Origin: Candidatus Woesearchaeota archaeon
Lineage (GTDB): Archaea; Nanobdellota; Nanobdellia; Woesearchaeales; UBA583
DNA: 64,000 nucleotides
NCBI GenBank assembly: GCA_965205335.1
Contig: OZ242164.1
Coordinates: 288,001-352,000 of the forward strand
Direction of reading: 5' to 3'
A program made the translations under genes and the position numbers. Of this stretch, positions 21,501 through 29,733 are shown in pieces. Numbering within the stretch: position 1 is the stretch's first letter; each line of letters opens with the position of its first letter. Below the pieces are notes generated by a model. The model was not told the origin of the DNA. It made no database searches and saw only the letters and a list, made by a program, of their open reading frames with translations.

Positions 21501-22833
21501 CACAAGATTCTCAATCACAAAAGGTGGTGTTTTGACTTTTGTTTCTGCACCGGATTTTGAAAACCCAAATGATGCTGGCAGGAATAATGAGTACGAAATA
21601 CAAGTTACTGCTACAAGTGGGACAGGAGGCAGGGAAATGAGTGCAACACAAAACATTACTATTACAGTAAATAATGTGAGCGAGAGTATGGTCATCAATC
21701 CACGTATAAACGTAACTCAGAACAATACAATTACAAGAAGTATTGATGACTTGGTTCAAAGTGGGGTTTGCGGGGCAAACAATAACATTTGCACAACTGG
21801 AATTCCAGAAGATACAGTAGATAATTCCACACATTATTTGTGGAAGTGTAATGGAATAAACGGAGGGAATAATGATTTATGTAATGAACTCATTCCTCCT
21901 ATTGTTGGAGTCTGTGGAACAAACAATAATGCCTGTACAATAGGAAATATGCAAGATACAAATGATAATTCAACTCACTATCTATGGGAATGTAATGGGA
22001 TAAATGGAGGGACTAACTCTACTTGTAACAAACCAATAACTAAAGGTGGAAGTGGCAGAGGAAGTAGTGGAAGTAATGGAGGAGGAAGTAGTGGAAGTAG
22101 TGGAGGTGGAAGTAGTGGAACTACTTTATATCCACAAAATCCGGAAGAATTTAAAATAAAAGACGATAAATTAAGTATAAACATAATTAATATAACCTCA
22201 AACGAAAAAGTAAGAAATGTGAAAATAAATGCTAATAAACTTAGAAAAGAACCATCCTTAATTGAGAATTTCCCAGAAGAAAATGTATTTGAATATTTTG
22301 AAATTAATGCAAGAAACTTAAATGATGAACAAATTGATACTGCATTTATAATATTTGTTTTAAGTAAAGAAGAAATCCTTGAGAATAAAGATATAATATT
22401 ATCGGGATATAATAAATATACTAACCAATGGAAGGACTTAGAAACCAGAATTATCAGAGAAACCTCAACTAAGATAACATTTTCAGCCCAAACTGATAGC
22501 TTTTCATATTCACCTTTTGTTATTTCAATAAGAGAAATAGAAGTTATTACCCCTCCTACATCAATAACTCCTCCTATTCAGGAAGAAACTAAACCAAAAC
22601 CACAAATAATACCTCCAGAGGAAATCATAATAGAAGAAACTAGACCCGAAGATAAAGAGGAAATTAAAGTAGAAGAAAAGAAAGAAACTTATGAAGAGGC
22701 AGTAAATTTTCCTTCCCGAGTTAAAACTTTATCTCTTGTCAATATTTTTATTGCTATAATATTAGGGCTTGTCCTTGGACTCATAGTTCTTATCATTAGG
22801 AAAAATAAGAAGAGAAATCAAAAGAATTTCTAA
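15514..22833 (+). CDS. Giant adhesin-like surface protein: signal peptide, beta-sandwich, 2x (propeller-like plus Ig-like), cadherin-like repeats, FN3, two Cys repeats, PGF-pre-PGF-like domain, TM anchor
   Basis: GLWSDGETMWV repeats; FSYQW..DI.GA..D.GK..RVRVSFTD; APVF..F.V.EN..VGT..A.D.D; FN3-like WVAP..GPAITDY.VQYR..YQVRVRA.NAEG.S.WS. Confidence 0.85.
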   Translation: MMEVPKRGVRRRAFSVFCLIFLFAFMGVVLADNVSAVKLVGNLDSESSGDLTIGEYQTSTGVGAQAFTTGNNPEGYVITGVEINVSVASSNRTALVSIQSSNNSKLYDLTGSVTSAGVQSFTAPENATLNASTTYFLHIAPGTGTLNFKVGVTDSDSEDSDSASGWSVENVSLHSTNNGSSFTINDDSLQLAVYGDAVSINPEIPTNSFDLTGLNSSVRGLWSDGETMWVLDTRNDKAVAYEFSGSSLVRDSSKDFTTETSPDGSGVDAANEIVYIMEVDPISPTAYAYSLSGTRQTNKDISGFNHSESGFSTGLWFNGNTLLFSGTGRFGNMATYHSDSGLNISNLGSDLSEGINTSCSTWGVWSDGTTMWTSCVKSHGIRAFKLSDGSRDSDRDIPYAQEHSAPRGLWSDGETMWVLQDESGGTTDKVFSYKYRNNAEGLRIHGSPITGHTLSADTSSITDPNGLPDSPDFSYQWQYDDGTDIEGATDKTYQIRTSDVGKKLRVRVSFTDNARYKDEIFSEPTEKVTKSKLSSNSYDLTGLNSSVRGLWSDGETMWVLDTRNDKAVAYEFSGSSLVRDSSKDFTTETSPDGSGVDAANEIVYIMEVDPISPTAYAYSLSGTRQTNKDISGFNHSESGFSTGLWFNGNTLLFSGTGRFGNMATYHSDSGLNISNLGSDLSEGINTSCSTWGVWSDGTTMWTSCVKSHGIRAFKLSDGSRDSDRDIPYAQEHSAPRGLWSDGETMWVLQDESGGTTDKVFSYKYRNNAEGLRIHGSPITGHTLSADIASITEPDGLPDSPEFSYQWQYADGTDIAGAISKTYYLKVADAGKKVRVRVSFTDNARYEEEIFSEPTGTIQTNELAVFGQSEYIFYLDENRNGSGVNAITLGRITVTDKNKPSGVGLFFTESSSINSNDGKFRITGETTDTFRFQYRGTGEEYNETKNKYVYTITTFNNNNFTNSTSVNVTIYINDPNEAPVFEHLRYFFYLDKNKSGKPTPVELGTITVTDNKDPDGVTLFFPETNSPSSNDGKFRIIGETTDTFRFQYRGTGEEYNETKDRYVYTIAALDNNNNIAYMNVTVLIRNSTEPPVFDQREYVFYLDVNISGPVEMGTITLTDNDDSNGITLFFTEINSVNSNDGKFRISGGARDTFRFQYKGTGETDETNKYVYTIEAIDDRDNSAYANVTIYIINPNAPVFSQKEYVFYLDENQIGNDTPIDLGTISATDNDDPDGFAFSFANDSNDTFTPYSKDNKFRIKANTTTSSTFRYVGDGEEYNETDETKNKYVYTIITSDNNLNYAYATVIVYIRDVDEGGNVTSVFDQSELVFYLDENRNGSGDNPITLGTITLNTNDDAGIAFTDSEMNKNAYSPDNKFSIQYTSGNSFEFRYIGTGEEYNETKNKYVYSIYAAYGMSNEITNVIVYINDPNEPIRETNEAPVFSSSSTFSVNENNISVGTITATDSDTEDIVTGYSISGGADSTNFSITNGGVLTFVSAPDFENPDDANSNNDYEVQVTATSGVESRVMTATQDITVTITNANEHPEFTSSSTFIVNEHKKRVGTVMASDEDVEDSITGYSISGGEDAGSFRINNNGVLHFIPTPNFESPSDVGGDNEYKVSVQVTSGTGSRHLTANKEFTVSVNDLNEPPSAPAKPTLNSLTSTSLLVNWVAPSNKGPAITDYNVQYRVGSSGSWSNWTHNEASTTTTITNLSTNTTYQVRVRAHNAEGTSGWSSVTEGITGTQLTPMISNVEASDITDDGANITVTISNPDGNARNIHYRVWALAVARIVDSGVVSTSTSSATFRLTGLNEGFLHRVDVSFNESYPIGETQNVRFTPEEPNDPPILTKSLIEFNLSETADGSSTPFHIGRVEATDPDGDPLNYTLVRTHTDDIDKFTINPTSGDVYYTGSGEDYETKIQYFLLGNLYDGVNQAVIFSFYVYVRITNNTEETNNLPAFTSSSTFSVNENNINVGTVIASDSDTEDNVTGYSISGGTDNTRFSITKGGVLTFVSAPDFENPNDAGRNNEYEIQVTATSGTGGREMSATQNITITVNNVSESMVINPRINVTQNNTITRSIDDLVQSGVCGANNNICTTGIPEDTVDNSTHYLWKCNGINGGNNDLCNELIPPIVGVCGTNNNACTIGNMQDTNDNSTHYLWECNGINGGTNSTCNKPITKGGSGRGSSGSNGGGSSGSSGGGSSGTTLYPQNPEEFKIKDDKLSINIINITSNEKVRNVKINANKLRKEPSLIENFPEENVFEYFEINARNLNDEQIDTAFIIFVLSKEEILENKDIILSGYNKYTNQWKDLETRIIRETSTKITFSAQTDSFSYSPFVISIREIEVITPPTSITPPIQEETKPKPQIIPPEEIIIEETRPEDKEEIKVEEKKETYEEAVNFPSRVKTLSLVNIFIAIILGLVLGLIVLIIRKNKKRNQKNF
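16131..18076 (+). repeat. Intragenic tandem duplication, 987-bp period
   Basis: 16131-16883 is almost identical to 17118-17870 (two substitutions noticed); the following Ig-like parts are more diverged. Confidence 0.9.
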
Positions 22834-23212
22834 TAGCCATAAAAATTGTTCTTGGTTCTTGTAATCAGTTCTTCAAAAGTAATTATAGAATTTCTTATAA
22901 AATAATTAATCGCCACAAAAATTAAAAAAAATCTTCTTTACTTACAACTAAAACTCCACAGGAATTTAACTTTATACTACTATTTAATTTGTATAAAATA
23001 TTTAAAATAGAATTTCCAAATAATACTTATGAATTCTTTTTTTATTGAACTTGGAATTGTTATGGTTCTAACATTTGTTGTTTCGTATATAATGAATAGA
23101 ATCAAACAACCTCTACTTGTTGGATACATCCTGACAGGAATCTTAGCAGGTCCATTGTTCTTTGACATCCTCAGCTCAACAGAAGGATATGAAACATTCT
23201 CTCATATAGGTG
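22093..23212 (+). repeat. Direct repeat copy 2 (about 1.1 kb)
   Basis: Matches 12781-13912. Confidence 0.9.
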
Positions 23213-24807
23213 TCGCGTTACTTCTATTCATCGTTGGATTGCATCTAAATGTCAGACTAATAAAAGAAGTTGGACTTATCTCAGCAATTACAGGCATAGG
23301 CCAAGTATTATTCACATCATTAGTTGGATTTATTATAGGCATATCTTTGGGTTTCTCGCTCATACCTGCATTTCTAATTGCAATCTGTCTGACTTTCAGC
23401 TCAACCATTATTATCGTCAAACTACTATCAGATAAAAAAGACTTACACAAATTATATGGAAAAATTTCTATGGGATTCTTACTTGTTCAGGATCTTATAG
23501 CAGTTGTTTTACTTATGATAGTTGGATCTCTTCTAACAGTAGAAGTAGTAAGCATCAAAAATATTCTATTTCAGACATTAAGCTTTGCATTTTTCTCCTT
23601 CATTGTTGCATACTTTCTGGCAAAATACATTGTTCCTGCTTTTCTGCCTTTTATTGTTAAATCACAAGAACTACTCTTTATTTTCGTTATAACTTGGTGT
23701 TTTAGTTTAGCCGCCCTATTTGATTTCTATGGCTTCTCATTAGAAATCGGAGCTCTAATTGCAGGATTAACTTTGGCATCAACTCCTTATCAATTTGAAA
23801 TCTCAGCTAAGGTTAAACCCCTAAGAGACTTTTTCATTGTAATGTTTTTCATACTATTAGGTTCTCAAATGCTCCCTGATTTAATAAGCCATGAAGCTTT
23901 GGGAGAGAAAATAGATTACCTGCAGGATAACGCATTAGAACTCTTATTGCCAGCAGTTGTACTCTCAATTTTCGTGCTCATTGGAAACCCATTAATAGTT
24001 TTAATTCTAATGACAAGATTAGGTTACTCTCTTAAAACAAGTTTTCTTTGCGGATTAACGGTTGCTCAAATAGGGGAGTTTTCTCTCATCTTAGCCATTT
24101 TAGGGCAAGAAGCAGGACTTTTAGGCACTAATGATGTAGCTATGATAACCTTTGTGGTAATTTTAACAATTGCAGGTTCAACATATATGCTAATGCATGG
24201 TGATTATCTCTTCAAATTAGCAAAACCATTCTTAAAAATTTTTGAAAGAAAAGAAGTACACGATAAAAAAGTTCCTGCAAAAGATTTAACTTATGACGTA
24301 CTAGTCATTGGTTATGACAGAGTTGGATATCCTCTTATAAAATCAATTGATAAATCCGGCAAAAAATATACTATTGTTGACTATAATCCGTCCATTGTTT
24401 CAGAACTTGAAGAGAAAGGAATTAGTTACATTTATGGAGATGCAAACGACTTAGAACTAATAGAAGAATTTGATTTAGAAAACATTGAACTATTAATTTC
24501 TACAATCTCTGATTTTAGTACAAATTCCTTATTACTTAGAGAACTTAAAAAAAGAAATAAACAAGCACATGTAATTTTAACATCTGAGGATGTAGAATAT
24601 GCTTTAAAGTTATACGAAAAAGGAGCAGACTATGTTATTATTCCACATCACTTAGGAGGAAATTACGCATCAGATTTAATAAACAAATACAAAAATAACC
24701 TTGACGGTTTAATTAATGAAAAAATTACATCAGTAAATGAACTAAAAGAAAGACTTGAACACGAGAGAAAAAAAGTCAGTGGACACCACAAAAAACAACA
24801 TACGTAA
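23029..24807 (+). CDS. Cation:proton antiporter (CPA2/Kef-type) with TrkA-N domain
   Basis: Many TM helices, LLVQD, AQIGEFS, C-terminal VIGYDRVG and IYGDA motifs. Confidence 0.9.
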   Translation: MNSFFIELGIVMVLTFVVSYIMNRIKQPLLVGYILTGILAGPLFFDILSSTEGYETFSHIGVALLLFIVGLHLNVRLIKEVGLISAITGIGQVLFTSLVGFIIGISLGFSLIPAFLIAICLTFSSTIIIVKLLSDKKDLHKLYGKISMGFLLVQDLIAVVLLMIVGSLLTVEVVSIKNILFQTLSFAFFSFIVAYFLAKYIVPAFLPFIVKSQELLFIFVITWCFSLAALFDFYGFSLEIGALIAGLTLASTPYQFEISAKVKPLRDFFIVMFFILLGSQMLPDLISHEALGEKIDYLQDNALELLLPAVVLSIFVLIGNPLIVLILMTRLGYSLKTSFLCGLTVAQIGEFSLILAILGQEAGLLGTNDVAMITFVVILTIAGSTYMLMHGDYLFKLAKPFLKIFERKEVHDKKVPAKDLTYDVLVIGYDRVGYPLIKSIDKSGKKYTIVDYNPSIVSELEEKGISYIYGDANDLELIEEFDLENIELLISTISDFSTNSLLLRELKKRNKQAHVILTSEDVEYALKLYEKGADYVIIPHHLGGNYASDLINKYKNNLDGLINEKITSVNELKERLEHERKKVSGHHKKQHT

Positions 24808-24887
24808 AAAAACATATTTAAATTTGAATGTGTTGTAACTTGAAGTAAAAACACAAATATAATAATAAATGTGAATTTCGTTACTCA

Positions 24888-25892
24888 ATGGTAAATAATA
24901 ATTCAGGTCATGAACTTGTGGAATTTAAATTTGATGACTTTGTACGTAAACTTGAACCTTCTGATATTGAGCCATATGTGAGACGCCAATATATAAGAAG
25001 ATTACTCAATTTAATCAAAGGAAAAAAAGGAAAAAATTTAGAGGCTTTAATAAAAGATTCTGAAGAACAATTAAATTATTGTTTAGAATACGTCCAATCA
25101 TTCTTTAGATTAATAGACAAGCAAGGTTATTGCAAAGTTTGGCACACTAAAAAAGATGGACAAGTCACAAATGAGGTTATAATAGGGTTAGAAGAGCCTT
25201 GGAAAATAGAAACCTTTGAATTAACGAGAACCTTTGAGAGTAAGGAAAGTAACGGTAAGAAATTAATTTATCTTCCTGTGAGTAAAGATGGAGTTGATTT
25301 TAATTTGATAATTTACAGACACCATCCGGTTAATTATAATGACTATCCAAGCATTGATGCCTATCCGAACACCCAAATTGAAGTACTATATAATTTTGAA
25401 ACAAGCTTTAGTATAGGGAGAAGAGAGGAGAATCATATATTAAATCAGCTTGCAAGTAATCCTCTAATAAATAAACTTGCAAGTAACCCTCTAATAAATA
25501 AACTTGCAAGTAACCCTCTAATAAATAAACTTGCAAGTAACCCTCTATTAACTAAACTTGCAAGTGACCCTCTATTAACTAAACTTGCAAATAACCCTTT
25601 ATCAACTAATTATAAATTCTTTAATTTGGACAGTTTCTACGGTGAGGAAGGAGAACATATATATTATAGAAATTCAGATACATTTTGTCGTGACCTTTGT
25701 GAGGCTATGCCTAAAACTACTGGAATACTGGAATCATTTCGAGAGGAACTCACCAAATATGGAAATATTAATTCATCAAATATCTCATCAAGATTCAGAA
25801 TGACGGGGGCGATATGTTTTACAGGAACAGAAGAGCCTGTATACTGCGGAAGAATAGGAACAGACGGAACTTTTCCCTTCTTTATCATATAA
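24888..25892 (+). CDS. Hypothetical protein with 9-aa internal tandem repeat
   Basis: 334-aa ORF; (K/Q)LA(S/N)(N/D)PLxx repeated 6 times. Confidence 0.6.
   Translation: MVNNNSGHELVEFKFDDFVRKLEPSDIEPYVRRQYIRRLLNLIKGKKGKNLEALIKDSEEQLNYCLEYVQSFFRLIDKQGYCKVWHTKKDGQVTNEVIIGLEEPWKIETFELTRTFESKESNGKKLIYLPVSKDGVDFNLIIYRHHPVNYNDYPSIDAYPNTQIEVLYNFETSFSIGRREENHILNQLASNPLINKLASNPLINKLASNPLINKLASNPLLTKLASDPLLTKLANNPLSTNYKFFNLDSFYGEEGEHIYYRNSDTFCRDLCEAMPKTTGILESFREELTKYGNINSSNISSRFRMTGAICFTGTEEPVYCGRIGTDGTFPFFII
25449..25608 (+). repeat. 27-bp coding VNTR, about 6 units
   Basis: CTTGCAAGTAACCCTCTAATAAATAAA and variants. Confidence 0.9.
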
Positions 25893-25916
25893 CTGAGAAA
25901 CTAATTACTTAAATTT

Positions 25917-28115
25917 TTATTTCGTAAAAAAATTATCCAGACTCTTCTGCTTTTCAATTTCCTTTCCAAAAACTCCTTCTATTCTTAAATTCGCAAGTTC
26001 CAATGTCTCAACAATATACGGATCTACCTCATAATTTTTCACAATATCAAAACTTGGATTTAAATACTTTTTAATTGAACCTTCATGTATTGTAAAATTA
26101 ATTGATGTAGCCTTACATTCTGGACATCTCCCATTCAAAGGAGGTCTTCTGCAGATAAAATTACAATTAGTGCACCTAAAAGACTGCATTGAGAACTTTC
26201 TTAAATTACCTTTAATATCTCTCATAAAATGCTTATCAATAATCAAAGAACCTAATTTATTCTCATTAACCGCACGGATTTTAGTTCCTATTTCCAATTG
26301 CATATTCATTTTATCCACCATAAGAGGAACTAACTTATATGATGAACATAGAACAGTATTATTCAAATCATCTGTTGAATGAGTGAAATTATAACCTAAA
26401 TACTTATCATCTATAACTTCTTCATTTATTCTTTTCTCAATTCTTTCAATATCAAAATCTCTTGGATTTCTATACCCCTTAGCGCCCTGATAAAGTTCTA
26501 ATGGATAAAAACCAACAATATCCATTCCATGAACCTCATCATCAATCTGATCTAAATGCAAATGAGATGTCAGAACCAAAGAAATATCCATAGTCCTTGC
26601 CCCCAACCTGTCAGGCAAATACTCCACTGAAAAATTTATTAATCCATCCATTAAAAGCATTATCCCATTCTCGTCCCCATCAAGATTTCTTCTCTGGGCG
26701 GCATGCCATACTGGATGAGAAAAACACCCCTGAGTCTTTGAAAAACCAATTATTCTCCCAATAATCCCTGCAGAAGTATGAGGAGCAAGCCCTATTACCA
26801 AATGCCCAATAGTATCCTCTCTCGTTTTGAAATTATAAAATCTGGGAAGTTTGTATAGACTTTCAAGCAACTCATCTATGAAATTAGCCGTATTCATTAT
26901 AAACTCCGATGCTAACTCATCCCCACTCTCAGCACAGTCAGGAAGAATCACATCCTGTGGGAGAATTTCAATTAACTGATTCTCATCTTTTAATGGATTG
27001 CCAAGATAATCTTTCTCATAACCAAGTTCCTTTAATTTTTCAATAGACGTTCCGATTTCCTTTGGTTTAAAATGAGTTATTCCCATTTCAATCATATCAA
27101 ACCTGACAGTTCCATCCTTATTAACATATACATTATTTTTAGCCCTTAGAAAAACTTTTGCAATATGCTCAGTAATATGATTTCTGTTAGAAGTTCCCTT
27201 AATCCCTTTCACTAACTTTGGCAACTGAACAGAATTAATTATCTCTCTTGCTTTATCCACATACCTAGAAACCTCAAGTTCAATCTTCTTATATCTAACA
27301 GCTTTCTTATTATCAGAATTCACCTGCTTATTTGTCCATTTCTCAAAATATCTCTCCTCAGTTTTATTAGAACATTCTTCACATTTAGGATAAATAGTCT
27401 CCCTGTCACACTCTGAGCAATAATATATCACAAACAGAGATGAAACCTTTCCTTTCTTTGAATACGCTTCCATTAAATTCCTTAACCTTCCTCCTTCCTC
27501 TCCTACTGGAAACAAGCCATGCGGTCTTCCTGTAAGTTTACGTATCTTAGCCTTCTCAGGTCTTCCCATCCTTGCTCCAATATAAGTTCCTCCCTTATCT
27601 CTTATCTCTATTTCATTTGAAAGTGTTAATATCTCACAGGATTTTTTCTCTAAATTCTTCTTTGCAGTCTCAAGCAAATTATCTAACCGATTTTTCAAAT
27701 CAAACTTCTTAAAATCATAAATTCCTAAATTAGATAAAATAATCTTTGTATTCAGTTCATCAAATTCAAGTACATTCACTTCATCCTCTGATTTCACTTT
27801 ATCTAATGGAAGAGACTTAACGCTATGTTCAATTCCCAAAATCTCACAATATCTCTTTATCTTATCAATTACAGGAAGAGTTGATTTTTGTGCATTCTCT
27901 TCAACATTTAACTTCTTTAAATACTCCAAAAACAAAACCAATTGATTAGCTGTTAATTCATTCCAGTACAAAGTATATCTGGGATGTAGAGCAATTTTAT
28001 ATTCTTTTGACAATGAAATAGCCTCTTCAATTTCAGGAATATTCATAAAGGGATTTTCAAGTATATTTTTTATCTCAGGACTTGGGCTCTTTACTAAATT
28101 TAAATATGTATTCAC
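25917..28115 (-). CDS. polC: DNA polymerase D large subunit (DP2), C-terminal two-thirds only
   Basis: LHPRYT, IGARMGRPEKAK, LVKGIKG, KDGTVRFD, GHLVIGLAPHTSAG, catalytic RRNLDGDE, C-terminal CxxC..CxxC. GTG start; N-terminal DP2 region absent. Confidence 0.9.
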   Translation of the reverse strand: MNTYLNLVKSPSPEIKNILENPFMNIPEIEEAISLSKEYKIALHPRYTLYWNELTANQLVLFLEYLKKLNVEENAQKSTLPVIDKIKRYCEILGIEHSVKSLPLDKVKSEDEVNVLEFDELNTKIILSNLGIYDFKKFDLKNRLDNLLETAKKNLEKKSCEILTLSNEIEIRDKGGTYIGARMGRPEKAKIRKLTGRPHGLFPVGEEGGRLRNLMEAYSKKGKVSSLFVIYYCSECDRETIYPKCEECSNKTEERYFEKWTNKQVNSDNKKAVRYKKIELEVSRYVDKAREIINSVQLPKLVKGIKGTSNRNHITEHIAKVFLRAKNNVYVNKDGTVRFDMIEMGITHFKPKEIGTSIEKLKELGYEKDYLGNPLKDENQLIEILPQDVILPDCAESGDELASEFIMNTANFIDELLESLYKLPRFYNFKTREDTIGHLVIGLAPHTSAGIIGRIIGFSKTQGCFSHPVWHAAQRRNLDGDENGIMLLMDGLINFSVEYLPDRLGARTMDISLVLTSHLHLDQIDDEVHGMDIVGFYPLELYQGAKGYRNPRDFDIERIEKRINEEVIDDKYLGYNFTHSTDDLNNTVLCSSYKLVPLMVDKMNMQLEIGTKIRAVNENKLGSLIIDKHFMRDIKGNLRKFSMQSFRCTNCNFICRRPPLNGRCPECKATSINFTIHEGSIKKYLNPSFDIVKNYEVDPYIVETLELANLRIEGVFGKEIEKQKSLDNFFTK

Positions 28116-28117
28116 TT

Positions 28118-28357
28118 TTAACTCACTCCATACTCCTTTGATAAAAGCAAATTCAGATATTCCTTTACCAGAACTTCTAAAGAATAATCATCATTTATCT
28201 TCTCAATCTTTAACACAACATATTTGCCAACATCTGTAATTGATGCCTTAAAAAAATCCTTGTAATCCTTAATTGTATCTAAAATAAATTCCTTTGTATA
28301 AAATAACTTATTTAAATATACAAACGCAAAATCATCTTTGAGAACAATTTTCTTCAT
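28118..28357 (-). CDS. Small hypothetical protein (weak resemblance to HxsD-like proteins)
   Basis: 79 aa, LNK.FY....I...I.DY....EYLN.LL; stop lies 2 nt before the DP2 start. Confidence 0.45.
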   Translation of the reverse strand: MKKIVLKDDFAFVYLNKLFYTKEFILDTIKDYKDFFKASITDVGKYVVLKIEKINDDYSLEVLVKEYLNLLLSKEYGVS

Positions 28358-28534
28358 AAATAATTCAGGTAACCCTATGTTTAAATAATTTGTTATGTAC
28401 TAAGAATTGTAGAATAAAGGAAAAATAAATAGGGTTTTGGAAAATTATATGTAGTATATTTGTATAAATTCAAGAGTTTGTGCTATTCCCATTATGATCC
28501 TTCTCTAAATTACATATTTTTAGAAAATTGTATA

Positions 28535-28549
28535 AGAAAAGTTTATAAA
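28535..28549 (+). promoter_or_regulatory. BRE plus TATA box
   Basis: AGAAAAG-TTTATAAA about 24 nt upstream of ATG 28573. Confidence 0.55.
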
Positions 28550-28572
28550 TTATCTTCTACAGAGTTTAATTT

Positions 28573-29733
28573 ATGGAAAATAAGGTGGGAATAGAAATTG
28601 TTCCCAAAATTTTTAACTTTATTTTAGATTCATCAGGATACAAAAAAGAGGATATTATAGAATCAAAAACACTTAAAAAAGAGGATTTGAATGGAATTCT
28701 TAATGGAACATATAAAATCTCATTTCCTAAACTCAAAGAATTAGACAACAAGTTCTTTAAAAGAGGAATTCCTTTTTATTTCTTGGATGAAGTCCCTAAA
28801 GAAACTGCTTCTCTAAGTTTTAGAAAAAACAAAGAAATTGCTCCGAACGAAAAAATAACGTTAAGAAAATATGAAATACTAAGAGATGATGTAAAAGAAT
28901 TAAGTGAGGATTTAAGTGTCAATTATGAGAGAATAGATGAATTTTATAGTATCATAGATAAGACAGAAGAAGTTGCTGAAAAATATAGAAATATCTTCAA
29001 TTATGATAATTTAAATTTGGAAGAAAAAAATGAATCTGAAATATTTGAATTTTTAAGAACTAAAATTGAAAAAAGGAATGTTTTTGTTTTCAGATTAGAT
29101 TTTTACAAATATAAAAAAGTAAATTTTAGTGGTTGTGTTTTTCTAAGCGATAATATGCCAAAATTAATTTTAGTAAATTCAGAAGAGGACAAAAATAGAA
29201 TAATTTTTACCCTACTTCATGAGTTTGCACACTATCTACTAAATAAAGAAGAAGAAACCAAAAAATTAAATTTTAACGATAACAATAAAATAGAAAGATG
29301 GTGTAACAATTTTGCCTCTTATTTTCTTTTTCTAAAAGAGAAAAGAGAGGACATAATAAAGAATTTTAATAAAGATACTTATTTAGAAATTAATTCTAAA
29401 GAATTAAAAAATATATCTAAAAAATACAAGATTAGTAAATTTCACTTTGTTCATATTTTAAGGAATTTAAATTTAATAAGCAATAATGATTTAGATGAGT
29501 TTGAAGCAAGATATGATGATGAAATTGAAAAGTTAAGAGGAAGAAAAGGAGGAAGAGGTGATGAAAATACATATTCTAGAAATAGATTAATAATCGATAG
29601 TAGGATGTACTTAGGCTTAGTTTATCACAATTACAAAAATAAGAATATCTCTTATGGAGAGACTTTAAATTATTTATCTGTTAAAGAAAAAGATGATATG
29701 GTGAAAATATTCGAGGCAATTGAAAATGAATAA
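28573..29733 (+). CDS. ImmA/IrrE (COG2856) metallopeptidase with degenerate N-terminal HTH
   Basis: RIIFTLLHEFAHYLL (HExxH), IERWCNNFA. Confidence 0.85.
   Translation: MENKVGIEIVPKIFNFILDSSGYKKEDIIESKTLKKEDLNGILNGTYKISFPKLKELDNKFFKRGIPFYFLDEVPKETASLSFRKNKEIAPNEKITLRKYEILRDDVKELSEDLSVNYERIDEFYSIIDKTEEVAEKYRNIFNYDNLNLEEKNESEIFEFLRTKIEKRNVFVFRLDFYKYKKVNFSGCVFLSDNMPKLILVNSEEDKNRIIFTLLHEFAHYLLNKEEETKKLNFNDNNKIERWCNNFASYFLFLKEKREDIIKNFNKDTYLEINSKELKNISKKYKISKFHFVHILRNLNLISNNDLDEFEARYDDEIEKLRGRKGGRGDENTYSRNRLIIDSRMYLGLVYHNYKNKNISYGETLNYLSVKEKDDMVKIFEAIENE

Noticed and set aside
16568-21834. Alternative-frame and antisense ORFs within large genes (also within cdc48, the oxidoreductase, hsd genes and the kinase)
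   Set aside because: These are shadow ORFs of strongly supported genes with no motifs; the twin 90-aa ORFs only reflect the 987-bp duplication.
15231-22833. Poly-G frameshift fusing the leader directly to the giant ORF
   Set aside because: In the shifted frame a TGA at 15511-15513 precedes the ATG, so no fusion arises without readthrough.
27900-28357. Split intein or simple frameshift explaining the short DP2
   Set aside because: There is no intein C-terminal HN-C/S/T motif at the ORF start, and the upstream frames examined do not resemble DP2.
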